Origin: Octopus bimaculoides
Taxonomy: Eukaryota
NCBI RefSeq assembly: GCF_001194135.2
Contig: NC_069002.1
Location: 27,770,968-27,834,967 of the forward strand
Length of the DNA stretch: 64,000 bases
Direction: 5' to 3'
Positions within the stretch are counted from its first letter, which is position 1; each line of letters starts with the position of its first letter. Positions 50,967 to 61,959 of this stretch are shown here, one piece after another. Below the pieces are notes generated by a model that worked only from the letters and a program-made list of their open reading frames with translations, was not told the origin of the DNA and searched no databases. The position numbers and the translations under genes were made by a program.

Positions 50967-51651
50967 AACAACAAACATGATGAGGACAAATATCTGTCAA
51001 ATGTAAATAATGTATATAATTCCTCATCTCTTAAATATAGAACTGTATGATACACTAAGTTGACTTATATACCAGAAAATAAAATATGTATTTTGTTCGA
51101 TTAAATATTTCTTTCATTTCACTGAAGGACAACCTCAGGATGCTGAATCTCACAGAGGAGATGACAAAGGACCAAGATACCTGGTGCCTTGCTGTACTCA
51201 AGAAGACCTGTACTCCACAGCAGAAGTGTTAAGGCCACTCCCCCTGGTGAAAAGGATTGGCCTACAAGAGTTCTGTGCCTATGTGACATAAAAAGCACTC
51301 GTGCCAGTACCGTGTAATAGCACCTGTGCTGGCACCATATAAAAGCACCCAGCACACTCTGTAAAGTGGTTGGCGTTAGGAAGGGCATCCAGCCTTAGAA
51401 CCCATGCCAAAGCAGACAGGAGCCAGGTGCAGCCTTCCAGCTTGACAGCCCTGGTCAAACCATCCAACCCATGCCAGCAGGGACAACAGACATTAAATGA
51501 TGATGGTGATGACTGCAATGAAACAAAATGTAATTTATTCCAGGCTCAGAAAATCGGGTCATGTACTAGTAGACAGTAATTAGTGTTTGCAGCTCTCACT
51601 CTCGGAAATAATTCTGAAATAGCAACTTAGGAAAAACAAAAAAGAAATTAC

Positions 51652-51719
51652 CTGGTTCAGGTGGAGGTTGTGTAACTTTGTCGAAAATTTGAAGGCCGGG
51701 AGCAGAAAATAACTTTGTG
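51652..51719 (-). CDS. MRPS31: MRPS31 exon (STKLFSAPGLQIFDKVTQPPPEP)
   Basis: Acceptor ttacacag, donor gtaatt, 68 nt. Compare recalled NIFTGKRLNIFD. Confidence 0.87.
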
Positions 51720-51859
51720 CTGTGTAAAACCAAGAGAATCTATTAAACATTTCACATTCTTGGGAATTTCAGAAGATTTCAGAAAACATGAAAAACCAGC
51801 ATATAATGATTTAAGTACAAGTAAGAAAAAAAAAATTACACATGGTTACATAAATAATA

Positions 51860-52100
51860 ATAATAATAATAATAATAATAATCCCTTCTATTAAAGGCAC
51901 AAGGCCTGAAATTTTGTGGGAAGAGACTAGCTGATTATACTGACCCCAGTGTTTTACTGGTATTTAATTTATCAACCCCGAAAGGATGAAAGGCAAAGTT
52001 GACCCCCGGTGGAATTTGAACTCAGAACATAATGATGGATGAAATGTAGCTAAGTATTTTGCCTGTCATGCTAACGATTCTACCAGTTTGCCACCTTAAT
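51860..52100 (-). mobile_element. SINE family D, representative; other copies near 2040-2240, 14830-15050, 16250-16430, 16820-17050, 27540-27770 and 52110-52240
   Basis: Shared core gagttcaaattcc...gactttgcctttcatcctttcggggt(c/t)gataaa(a/t)taa(g/a)taccag and an (att)n tail. Confidence 0.8.
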
Positions 52101-52277
52101 TATAATGTATCGACCCCTAAAGGGTGACGAACAGGAAAAACCAATCTTGGTAGAATTTGACCTCAGAGCATAAAGATGAATGAATTGTTATAAAGCATTT
52201 TGTCCAGTGAACTGAGAACTCTGCCAGCTTGCTACCTTACAAATAATAATAATAATAAATATATGTTTTATTATATA

Positions 52278-52510
52278 CAGGGTTGGCCAGAAGTCACCCG
52301 ACAGTAAATCAAATTTCCATAAATACTATTTGTAATTCTGTATTGACTTGAATGGGAAAATGTGTTGCTCAAGAATGATTTCGGTTTGAATGATTTTCAT
52401 GATGTTTCATATTCAGAAGCTTTTATTAAATTGATTCAGTTGTTAAACATAAATAAATCATGGAATTAAATGGTTTTGATTAACTGTCAGGTAATGTTTG
52501 GCCAACCCTG
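52278..52510. mobile_element. Tc1/mariner-type MITE
   Basis: TA flanks on both sides; imperfect TIR of about 30 bp starting with a perfect cagggttggcca. Confidence 0.85.
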
Positions 52511-52849
52511 TATATACACACACACTCACATATATATACATATATTGTGGCACTCCGTCAGTTACGACGATGAGGGTTTCAGTTGATCCAGTCAAGGGAA
52601 CAGCCTGCTCGTGAAATTAACGTGCAAGTGGCTGAGCACTCCACAGACAGGTGTGCCTTTAACATAATTCTCGGGGAGATTCAGTGTGACAGAGAGTGTG
52701 ACAAGGCTGGCCCTTTGAAATACAGGTACAACAGAAACAGAAAGAAAGAGTGAGAGAAAGTTGTGATGAAAGAGTACAGTAGGGCAGCCTTTTGGAGCTT
52801 TAGGTGTTTTTGCTCAATAAACACTCACAACACCGAAAATACAAACTAA

Positions 52850-53873
52850 TGTTATATCCCTATCTCCCGAGCTGGGTTTTGAAACCGTATTCTGGTTGTT
52901 GAGGATAATGGTATTTCCTTTGTCTTGTGAACAAGTACAGCTATTTTTAGCGTAGGAGTGATCGGTGACCCTTTCCGGTCACCAAAAGTTCAGAAAAACA
53001 AGTGAGGAATTGTACTGAACTGACCCAGCTTTGGGAGGGGGTAAAGTAACACTATTGAGCTATGGTATTTGTGATAAACAAAGAATTGGCGCGAACAGTT
53101 GGTATCAGGCGAGTTGGCCAGTCGAGTTGGCCGAAGCAGTTGGCCTGAGAGTTGGATGAAGAACGTCAGCCAGTGAAGATGAACAGTGATAAATCTGACA
53201 GAGAGAGGGCCTATAGTCAGCAGGTACGAGTAAGCAGAAATGTATAGAGTCTCAGACAGAGAGATGGAACTGTTGTGGCAGCCAAAAGAGATCGTAGTAG
53301 TCAGTTGGTTACTTCTTGGATAGTAGGAGTTTTGAAAGAAAGGAAGTTATTACAGTAAAGGGTTGTGTAAATATTCTTCCAAGAAAAATGTACTTGCCGT
53401 TATGATGTATAAAGAAAAAGAACTGTTAACTGTGATGTTAACTTAAAAGAGAAAAAAAAAAAGAAAGAACTTCGTTACATGTTGCTTAATTGAAAAGAAA
53501 ACAAAGAAGTGAAAGAACTTTTGATGGACTTGATGTACGAACTCTTGCTTATGTAATGATTGTAAGCCTTTGATTATGTTGCATGTGCTATTGTTATATG
53601 CTATTGGATTTGAATTGTTATGCAATGTGTTGATGATGTAATGTTTTATTCTGATGTTTGATGTAAAAAGAAAAAGTTAGTTCCGCTACCCAGCGTAGGG
53701 TCTCCGTGTTATTTCTTCCCCTCCTCCTTTTGCTTGTTGTTCTTCGTTGCGTGCTCCAGCTGGGGCTTATTGGTGGCCATGGCGAGCATCCCAACTCACT
53801 GAGCGTCGACGTTCGTGCACACGCGAGTTCTCTCTACGTTAAAGAGGTGCTTCGCGTGCGGGCGTTCGTAACA
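52850..53873. mobile_element. Possible solo LTR, 1024 bp
   Basis: Bounded by TGTTA...TAACA, unique in the window, CpG-rich right end; no matching TSD. Confidence 0.45.
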
Positions 53874-54675
53874 ATATATATACACACACACATACATACA
53901 TACACATATTATTTTTCTTTTATTTTTTCAGTCATTTGACTGCGGCCATGCTGGAGTATCGCCTTTAGTCTAGCAAATCAACCCCCAGAACTTATTCTAT
54001 TGGTCTCTTTTGCCGAACTGCTAATGTTACGGTGACGTAAACACACCAACATCAGTTGTCAAACGATGGTAAGGGGACAAACACAAATACCCAAACATAC
54101 ACACATACATACATACATGTACACATACACACACACACATATATATATATATATAGTAATGCCTCACGCTTAGAGGGACTAAATAAGTCAAAAACTACCC
54201 TCTAAGCGTGAGGCATTACTATATAGTTAATGCCCTTATACAAATTATATATATTTATGGAAAAAACGATGGGTTTTTTCCTCATGGGGTTTTTTCACGC
54301 TGACTACTTGATAAATTCTTATAAAGATTTTATCCTATGCTAGCATGGAAAGCGGACGTTAAACGATGATATGGGGGCTTCTTTCAGTTGCCATCTACCA
54401 AATCCACTCACAAGGCTTCGGTTGGCCCGAGGCTATAGTAGTAGACACTTGCTCAAGATGCCACGCAGTGAGACTGAACTTGGAACCATGTGGTTGGTAA
54501 GCAAGCTACTTACCACATAGCCACTCATAGTTTATATAATCATATCATTTATTCAATTTCCCTGCTGACATGTTTGCATGAGTTTTCTATTGGATTTAAA
54601 CCCAGAGCTAACATATGTGTGTATTTAGATACACACACACACACACACATTCCAAATAGTAAAATTTACTGTTAC

Positions 54676-54721
54676 CTTTCAGTATGAATAATTTTCTTGG
54701 GCTTCATTGGAGGTGTCTGAG
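54676..54721 (-). CDS. MRPS31: MRPS31 exon (SQTPPMKPKKIIHTE)
   Basis: Long polypyrimidine tract with aacag acceptor, donor gtaaca, 46 nt. Phases fit both neighbouring exons. Confidence 0.8.
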
Positions 54722-55152
54722 CTGTTCAATGAAGAAAGAGAAAGAAAAAGAAAATTTAACTTTGATTTTAAGACACTGGAAGGATATTTTCCAAAGAAAT
54801 TCTAAAGGAAATACAGCATTTTGATTTACATTCAATGCACCAAAATAGAAGAAATATGAGCTTTAAAAAAAGCACCATTCTTTTTGTTTTCCCCTGGACT
54901 AAAAATATATTTTCTATGCTTTCAATGGATATATGATTAAGTGAGTAATTTCAATAAATGTGTGATTAAGTGAGTATTTTATATTTGATTTCCTAGTGTC
55001 TAAAGGTGTCATGCCACACTAACAATGTCTAAGCTGTCATTGTAGCAATATCACCACCAACTACAACAAAGGCACTTTAAAAAAAAGGTATTGGAGGGGC
55101 AATGCATACCCTGTGTTGCTTACCCATGATTTTTAATTGAAGTGAATTAATT

Positions 55153-55642
55153 ATTTTTTTTTTTTAAGTATCACCATTATGGGTATTTATACTCTGGTGA
55201 AGTTCAGAAATCCATCAGTGTACACACACACACACATATGTATGTATGTACGCACACGTGTCTACGCACATAGGTACACCACGATCTATACACACACAGA
55301 TGAGGATTGATTCATATGCAAAAGAAAGTGAACAAAATAATATGACCACTTGCTTATCGGGAAATTTATAAGTTCCATTTCATTTTATTCTTTTTTTTTA
55401 ACTATCACCATTAGAGGTATTTGTACTCTGGTGAAATTAAGAAATCAAGTCGTAAATAAACAAAACCCTCGAATCCATCACTGTATGCAAGCATGCACAC
55501 ACACAGTCGCATATTTATGTATGTATGCATACATGTCTATGTGCATAAGTATGCCATAATCTATACACATGTAGATGAGGGTCAATTCATATGAAAAGGA
55601 AAGTGAACAAAATAATATGACTACTTCCTCATTGGGAAATTT
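55153..55642 (+). repeat. Tandem direct duplication of about 220-250 bp
   Basis: tatcaccatta...tactctggtgaaa and gaaagtgaacaaaataatatgac each occur twice. Confidence 0.85.
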
Positions 55643-58217
55643 GTTAGTTTGATTTTTTTTTTGAAAGATGATCAAACCAAATGTTCATCCTTTTGAGCCA
55701 CTCATCCAATGAGTATTTCTGCCAAATGTGAAAATCTGTTCTCCTGCTTTCCAGTAATTTTGCAAACACACAAAGACGAGTGATTACAATACCCAGCTTT
55801 TGCTTACACACACACAGGGTAAAAAAAGGGCATGTACAGGGATATCATAGAGATCATCATCATCATCATCATCGTTTAACGTCCGCTTTCCATGCTAGCA
55901 TGGGTTGGACGATTTGACTGAGGACTGGTGAAACCGGATGGCAACACCAGGCTCCAGTCTGATTTGGCAGAGTTTCTACAGCTGGATGCCCTTCCTAACG
56001 CCAACCACTCAGAGAGTGTAGTGGGTGCTTTTACGTGTCACCCGCACGAAAACGGCCACGCTCGAAATGGTGTCTTTTATGTGCCNNNNNNNNNNNNNNN
56101 NNNNNNNNNNNNNNNNNNNNNNNNNNNNNNNNNNNNNNNNNNNNNNNNNNNNNNNNNNNNNNNNNNNNNNNNNNNNNNNNNNNNNNNNNNNNNNNNNNNN
56201 NNNNNNNNNNNNNNNNNNNNNNNNNNNNNNNNNNNNNNNNNNNNNNNNNNNNNNNNNNNNNNNNNNNNNNNNNNNNNNNNNNNNNNNNNNNNNNNNNNNN
56301 NNNNNNNNNNNNNNNNNNNNNNNNNNNNNNNNNNNNNNNNNNNNNNNNNNNNNNNNNNNNNNNNNNNNNNNNNNNNNNNNNNNNNNNNNNNNNNNNNNNN
56401 NNNNNNNNNNNNNNNNNNNNNNNNNNNNNNNNNNNNNNNNNNNNNNNNNNNNNNNNNNNNNNNNNNNNNNNNNNNNNNNNNNNNNNNNNNNNNNNNNNNN
56501 NNNNNNNNNNNNNNNNNNNNNNNNNNNNNNNNNNNNNNNNNNNNNNNNNNNNNNNNNNNNNNNNNNNNNNNNNNNNNNNNNNNNNNNNNNNNNNNNNNNN
56601 NNNNNNNNNNNNNNNNNNNNNNNNNNNNNNNNNNNNNNNNNNNNNNNNNNNNNNNNNNNNNNNNNNNNNNNNNNNNNNNNNNNNNNNNNNNNNNNNNNNN
56701 NNNNNNNNNNNNNNNNNNNNNNNNNNNNNNNNNNNNNNNNNNNNNNNNNNNNNNNNNNNNNNNNNNNNNNNNNNNNNNNNNNNNNNNNNNNNNNNNNNNN
56801 NNNNNNNNNNNNNNNNNNNNNNNNNNNNNNNNNNNNNNNNNNNNNNNNNNNNNNNNNNNNNNNNNNNNNNNNNNNNNNNNNNNNNNNNNNNNNNNNNNNN
56901 NNNNNNNNNNNNNNNNNNNNNNNNNNNNNNNNNNNNNNNNNNNNNNNNNNNNNNNNNNNNNNNNNNNNNNNNNNATCAAAATGAAAATCAAATGGAAATT
57001 GTGGTTGTGATCCCCATGCCGGTGGCACGTAAAAAGCACCATGCGAGCATGGCCGATGCCAGTACCGCCTTGATTGACGTTTGTGCTGGTGGCATGTAAA
57101 AAGCACCAACCGATCATGGCCGTTGCCAGCCTCCTCTGGCCCCTGTGCCAGTGGCACGTAAAAAGCACCCACTACACTCATGGAGTGGTTGGCATTAGGA
57201 AGGGCATCCGGCTGTAGAAACACTGCCAGATCAGACAGGAGCTTGGTGCAGCCTCCTGGCTTCCCAGACCCCAGTTGAACCATCCAACCCATGCCAGCAT
57301 GGAAAGTAGATGTTAAACGATGATGATGAGATACAGTTCGACTTTATGCTAGAAGGGAGCACTCACTAAGGGTACCCACTAATGTTTTCTTCCCCATGAA
57401 ACAACTACAGAGGAAATTTTTAGCTAAGATCAAGGCACTATATTCAGCATTCGTTGATCTAGAGAAGACCCATGACAAAGTACAAAGCCCTGTGACCTGA
57501 TAGCTGTTAAAAAAAACTAGGAGTAGATGAATGTGTTACCTTTGTTTGCTAAATATAATGATGACAAGGAATAAATCTATAATTTTAATTATTTTAATTG
57601 CGGAGAACCTTTACAATTATAAGATAATAGGAATATTCATTTGCAATTTCTATTTCTTCTTCCTCATGTTCTGTTTTTATGTAGTTATATAATTTAAATT
57701 GAGGTCTATTTCTCTGTTATGCTTCCCTCTTTATGTGAGAGTAATAAATATTGCCATAAACACCTTGATAGAATGTTATCATTTAATGTCCATGTTGCAT
57801 GCTGGCAAAACTTGAAAATTATTTACAAAACTGTTTGTATCACCTAAGCAGCTTTCTCTTTAATTTTCTTTTCAGTTATGGCTCCACTGATAAAGCCATA
57901 TTAAAGATATGTGTTTTATATGCTAAACGCTTTTTCTTCACTCTTCAATCCTCTTGTTACCATATTCCTGTTAAAATACACTGCTTTTATTTCTATTAAC
58001 TTTGTAAATAATGACGACTTTAGTAAAATAACTTTCGTCATTATTAAACTGGTGTTTGGAACATATACTGACATGGAATTTTGATGGAAGGATTTAATTT
58101 AGATCACATTAAGACTTGAAGTTTGTGTCACAGAACCAGGGGTACTCTCAGACGAGTTGGTATCAAAAGGATTAATAAATGCACATACATTCAAGACATT
58201 TTTAGAATTTTACTCAC

Positions 58218-58288
58218 AGTCAGTTCTCATTTCTTTTCCTGAATATGATGTTCTCTCTTTGATAACTTTCATCCCAGCAAATAAATTT
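58218..58288 (-). CDS. MRPS31: MRPS31 exon (NLFAGMKVIKERTSYSGKEMRTD)
   Basis: Acceptor ttattttttag, donor gtgagt, 71 nt, phase 2 to 1. Confidence 0.85.
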
Positions 58289-58348
58289 CTAAAAAATAAA
58301 AAAAATACATTAACATATGAAGGAAGTTTCCAGACTAATAAAGAGATA

Positions 58349-58425
58349 CAGGGTGTGGCAGAACGGTTGCCCCAATTTCAAAGGTTAATAAACTGATATC
58401 GAGGAAACCTTTCTGCCGCACCCTG
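58349..58425. mobile_element. Very small (77 bp) Tc1/mariner-type MITE
   Basis: TA-cagggtgtggcagaa ... ttctgccgcaccctg-TA, with one mismatch in 15 bp. Confidence 0.8.
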
Positions 58426-58739
58426 TATAATAAGCAATGAGTTTACCCAGGTATTTAAAAACTCTTTGAGCCATCACTACACATCTTTGCATCAGTTTCC
58501 TATTTTCAATTTTATTAATTTGATCCAGCTGCATGAATTTGTGAATTTGTTTTTGAAAGTATTTCCAGTGAATTAAATTATTTCATATAAGGCACTGTAA
58601 TTTAGAGACCTCTGTTAATTTTCAGTATGAAAAAAAACTGAGAACTGGTTGACAGCTATACAATTAAGGTTATGAAGCTAGAGACCTTGAGACCTCTGTT
58701 TGTTTTTATTATTAAAAAACTTGATAACCTGATGACAGC

Positions 58740-59420
58740 TAACAGATAAAAGCACAATTAATGATATAAAGGTAAGGATTACTACGACAGTAGCTGAGAT
58801 AAAGAAAACATCTGGCAAAATAGGGCATGTACTAATCACAGACATTGCAAATCAAAGAAGAGAATGGAGTCTGAGCCAATCACTGGTATAGCAGTATCAT
58901 CATTAACTGCTATAAAGGCTAAGGAGATGTTCTAGAAAGAAGCAACTACAGAGAAATCATACTAATGGACCAGATATTCAATGTAACAGAAAGATTATCA
59001 AGTGATTTAGCTGAGTAGATAAGATGCAGTCTGGTTTTATGTCAGAAAGCAGGGTATCACTGATGTTTTTTCCCCAGGGAGACAACTACAGAAGTACTTG
59101 GCTAAGAGCAAAACCACTATACTAAGCATCCATTGATCAAGTGAAGGGTCTTGATAAGGTACCAGGTTCTGTGGTACTATGCAAGCCATATACAGAGGTG
59201 CTAGGTGAGAATTGATAATAGTTCAGCAAAGACTTTAACATGCAGGAGTAAGTGTGCAACAAAGTTCAGTTCTTACTCCATTCCTGTTTATTACAGTTCT
59301 CTGGGCTATAACAGAGGTATTATCAGCTGTCCAGGTGAACTCCTGAATGCTGATAACATGGTTCTCATGATTAAGTCTAAAGTCTATCAAAGATTTGGAA
59401 AAGAAATTCTAAACATGGGA
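58740..59420 (+). mobile_element. Highly decayed RTE RT fragment; similar piece at about 57330-57535
   Basis: Same order of nucleotide motifs as the 19830-22320 copy (gatgcagtctggttttatgtcaga, gacaactacagaagtac). Confidence 0.65.
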
Positions 59421-60824
59421 GCAAAGATTAGAATCAAGAAGCCTCAAAGAAAACCAAAGTAGTCCTGGGTAAGTCTTTAAACTGCATCCAATAATGGGAC
59501 TGATTCAGGAGCTCTAAGGTTTTGAAGTGTGGGGAACCACCTCTTAGCCATTTTGTTTCCAGGTTTACTCTGACCAGGAGTAGTAGCATCTGTTAGGGTC
59601 CCAGCTATGGGTCAACTAGCAGGAGTACCACCCGCTTTAAACCCAGGCTACGTGTACTCTGATAACTGGTGGTGACTTGGTCACTGAATCCTCTGTGATG
59701 ATTGACAATGAATGACAAGATGAGCTGCTACGGATCACACTGTCTCAAAGTGTGTATGCATGTAACCGGAGACCACATGTGAATTTGCACTCTCACTGAA
59801 TTTCCAAACATGACCTCTACACCTCAATGATAAATGACCACAGCTACAGCATCTGTACTATCTGACATGTTCTGCTCTCCCTGTGCGGCATATGTCAAAT
59901 TTGCAAGCTGGAATTTTGGCAGCTTGTACTACGGGCTTCTTTCAGTTTCCGTCTACCAAATCCACTCACAAGGCTTTCGTTGGCCCGAGGCTATAGTAGA
60001 AGACACTTGCCCAAGGTGCCACGCAGTGAGACTGAACCCAGAACCATGTGGTTGGTAAGCAAGCTACTTACCACACAGCCACTCTGAATTTCCTTGAGAA
60101 CTATATTAAGGGCACACGTCTATGGAGTGCTCAGCCCCTTCCAAGTTAATTTTACAAGTAGGTTGTTACATTGATCACATCAACTGGAACCCACGACATT
60201 GTAACTGACGGAGTGCTAGTTTGTAAGTTAGTTACCATTCAATAAAAATATGGTAAGGAAATGATATGGTATGGATGAGGTGGTGAAGCACAACCTTTGA
60301 ACGTTGGGCCTCATGGAGGCAATGATGAGCGACTGAGACCTTTGGAGATATGCTATGCTTGAGAAGATCCAACAAGCTAAGTGAGACTGTAGCTGTGCCC
60401 TATGACAGTGTTGCATAATTGGCCCATTTAAGAGTACTCTTCAATCATTGGGTAATATACTGTGCTTGAGAAGACCTGTTGAGTCAAGTGAAATCATTGT
60501 CGTGGCCGATGCCACTACTGCTTGAAGTATCATTTGAGTGCTGCCTGACTGGCTGGTGGCATGTAAAAAGAACCCACTACCCTCTCAGAGTGGCTGGGGT
60601 CAGGAAGGGCATCCAGCTGTAGAAACCTTGCCAGATTACATTGGAACCTGGTGCAGCCTTCTGGCTTGCCAGTCCTCAGTCAAACCGTCTAACCCATGCC
60701 AGCATGGAAAGCAGACGTTAAACGACGATGATGAAAGGATTTATCTAACAATATCAAATGAGATAATTACAAAGGAACTTTTGAAATACAGAAATAAAAA
60801 GTAACATTCCGAAATTTTACTTAC

Positions 60825-60856
60825 TCAATGCTAAGGCTAGGTTTCGCGTCAGCTGC
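60825..60856 (-). CDS. MRPS31: MRPS31 exon, 3' end only (AADAKPSLSIE); the rest lies in gap 60857-61163
   Basis: Donor gtaagt, phase 2, joins the next exon to give ADAKPSLSIENLFAGMKV, close to recalled human DAKRPKISFSNIISDMKV. Confidence 0.8.
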
Positions 60857-61394
60857 NNNNNNNNNNNNNNNNNNNNNNNNNNNNNNNNNNNNNNNNNNNN
60901 NNNNNNNNNNNNNNNNNNNNNNNNNNNNNNNNNNNNNNNNNNNNNNNNNNNNNNNNNNNNNNNNNNNNNNNNNNNNNNNNNNNNNNNNNNNNNNNNNNNN
61001 NNNNNNNNNNNNNNNNNNNNNNNNNNNNNNNNNNNNNNNNNNNNNNNNNNNNNNNNNNNNNNNNNNNNNNNNNNNNNNNNNNNNNNNNNNNNNNNNNNNN
61101 NNNNNNNNNNNNNNNNNNNNNNNNNNNNNNNNNNNNNNNNNNNNNNNNNNNNNNNNNNNNNNNATTAGTGTTGTATAATTAGTATTTGGCAAAAGAGAGC
61201 TATAGAATAAGTACCAGGTTTTAAAAAATCCTGTGGTCAATTTGACCTACTAAAACCCTCTAAGGCGGTGCCCCAGGATGGCCGCAGTCTAATGATTAAA
61301 ACAAATAAAAGGTAAAAGATATTTATGCCAGTTCTGAAATAAACGCCCCCCCCTCTCTCCCAAAAAACGATCTTATTTAAGATTTAAAACTTAC

Positions 61395-61505
61395 TTTTTT
61401 GGTGTATCTTCTTTGTCAGAAATTTTGTCTTCATTTTCTTTTTGTAAAACAGGACTTATGCAAAGGTGCCGAGCTTTGCATTTAGATAGATGGGTATGCT
61501 GCAAT
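61395..61505 (-). CDS. MRPS31: MRPS31 probable early exon (LQHTHLSKCKARHLCISPVLQKENEDKISDKEDTPK)
   Basis: Acceptor ttgttttcag, donor gtaagt, and only one open frame. Reads like the end of a mitochondrial presequence followed by an acidic stretch, as recalled for mS31. The start exon was not located. Confidence 0.7.
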
Positions 61506-61959
61506 CTGAAAACAATCATTTTACGATATAATTAAAACGACAGTTATTAAATGGAATCCAAAGAAACCAAAGCAGACGACGAAAAATGACAAAAAAAGAA
61601 AGTTTGAAACGTATTTAATAAGTACTTCATAAAATATTCGGTAAACTTATCGAAGCATGAACGTAATTAAAGATCTTCGATACAAAAGAGGGGGCGAAAG
61701 TAATGAATACGTACACCCGGTGTTGGGGTTAGGATTAGGGGTTTTTGTTGAACCGAAAACGGGTGGTATACGTATTCTTTACCTCTACCAAAGAGGGACC
61801 ACATACAAACACGCTGGACTCCACAAAAATTCTAAGTCTGATATTTTAGTAAAATATAGCATAAAATGGTAATTAAGTTTGTTTCATTAGTCTCAGCAAC
61901 CACAGGTTCCCTCATTGTCTCTCATAACGTATTATTATTATTTACACTTTATGAATAGA

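Larger units (their letters stand above)
50573..51047. mobile_element. Palindromic element: two inverted arms, each with a tRNA-like head and a hammerhead-like motif (candidate Penelope-type non-autonomous element)
   Basis: Arms 50573-50787 and 50796-51017 are reverse complements with a few substitutions and one small indel; 8-nt spacer tatgcccg. Confidence 0.85.
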
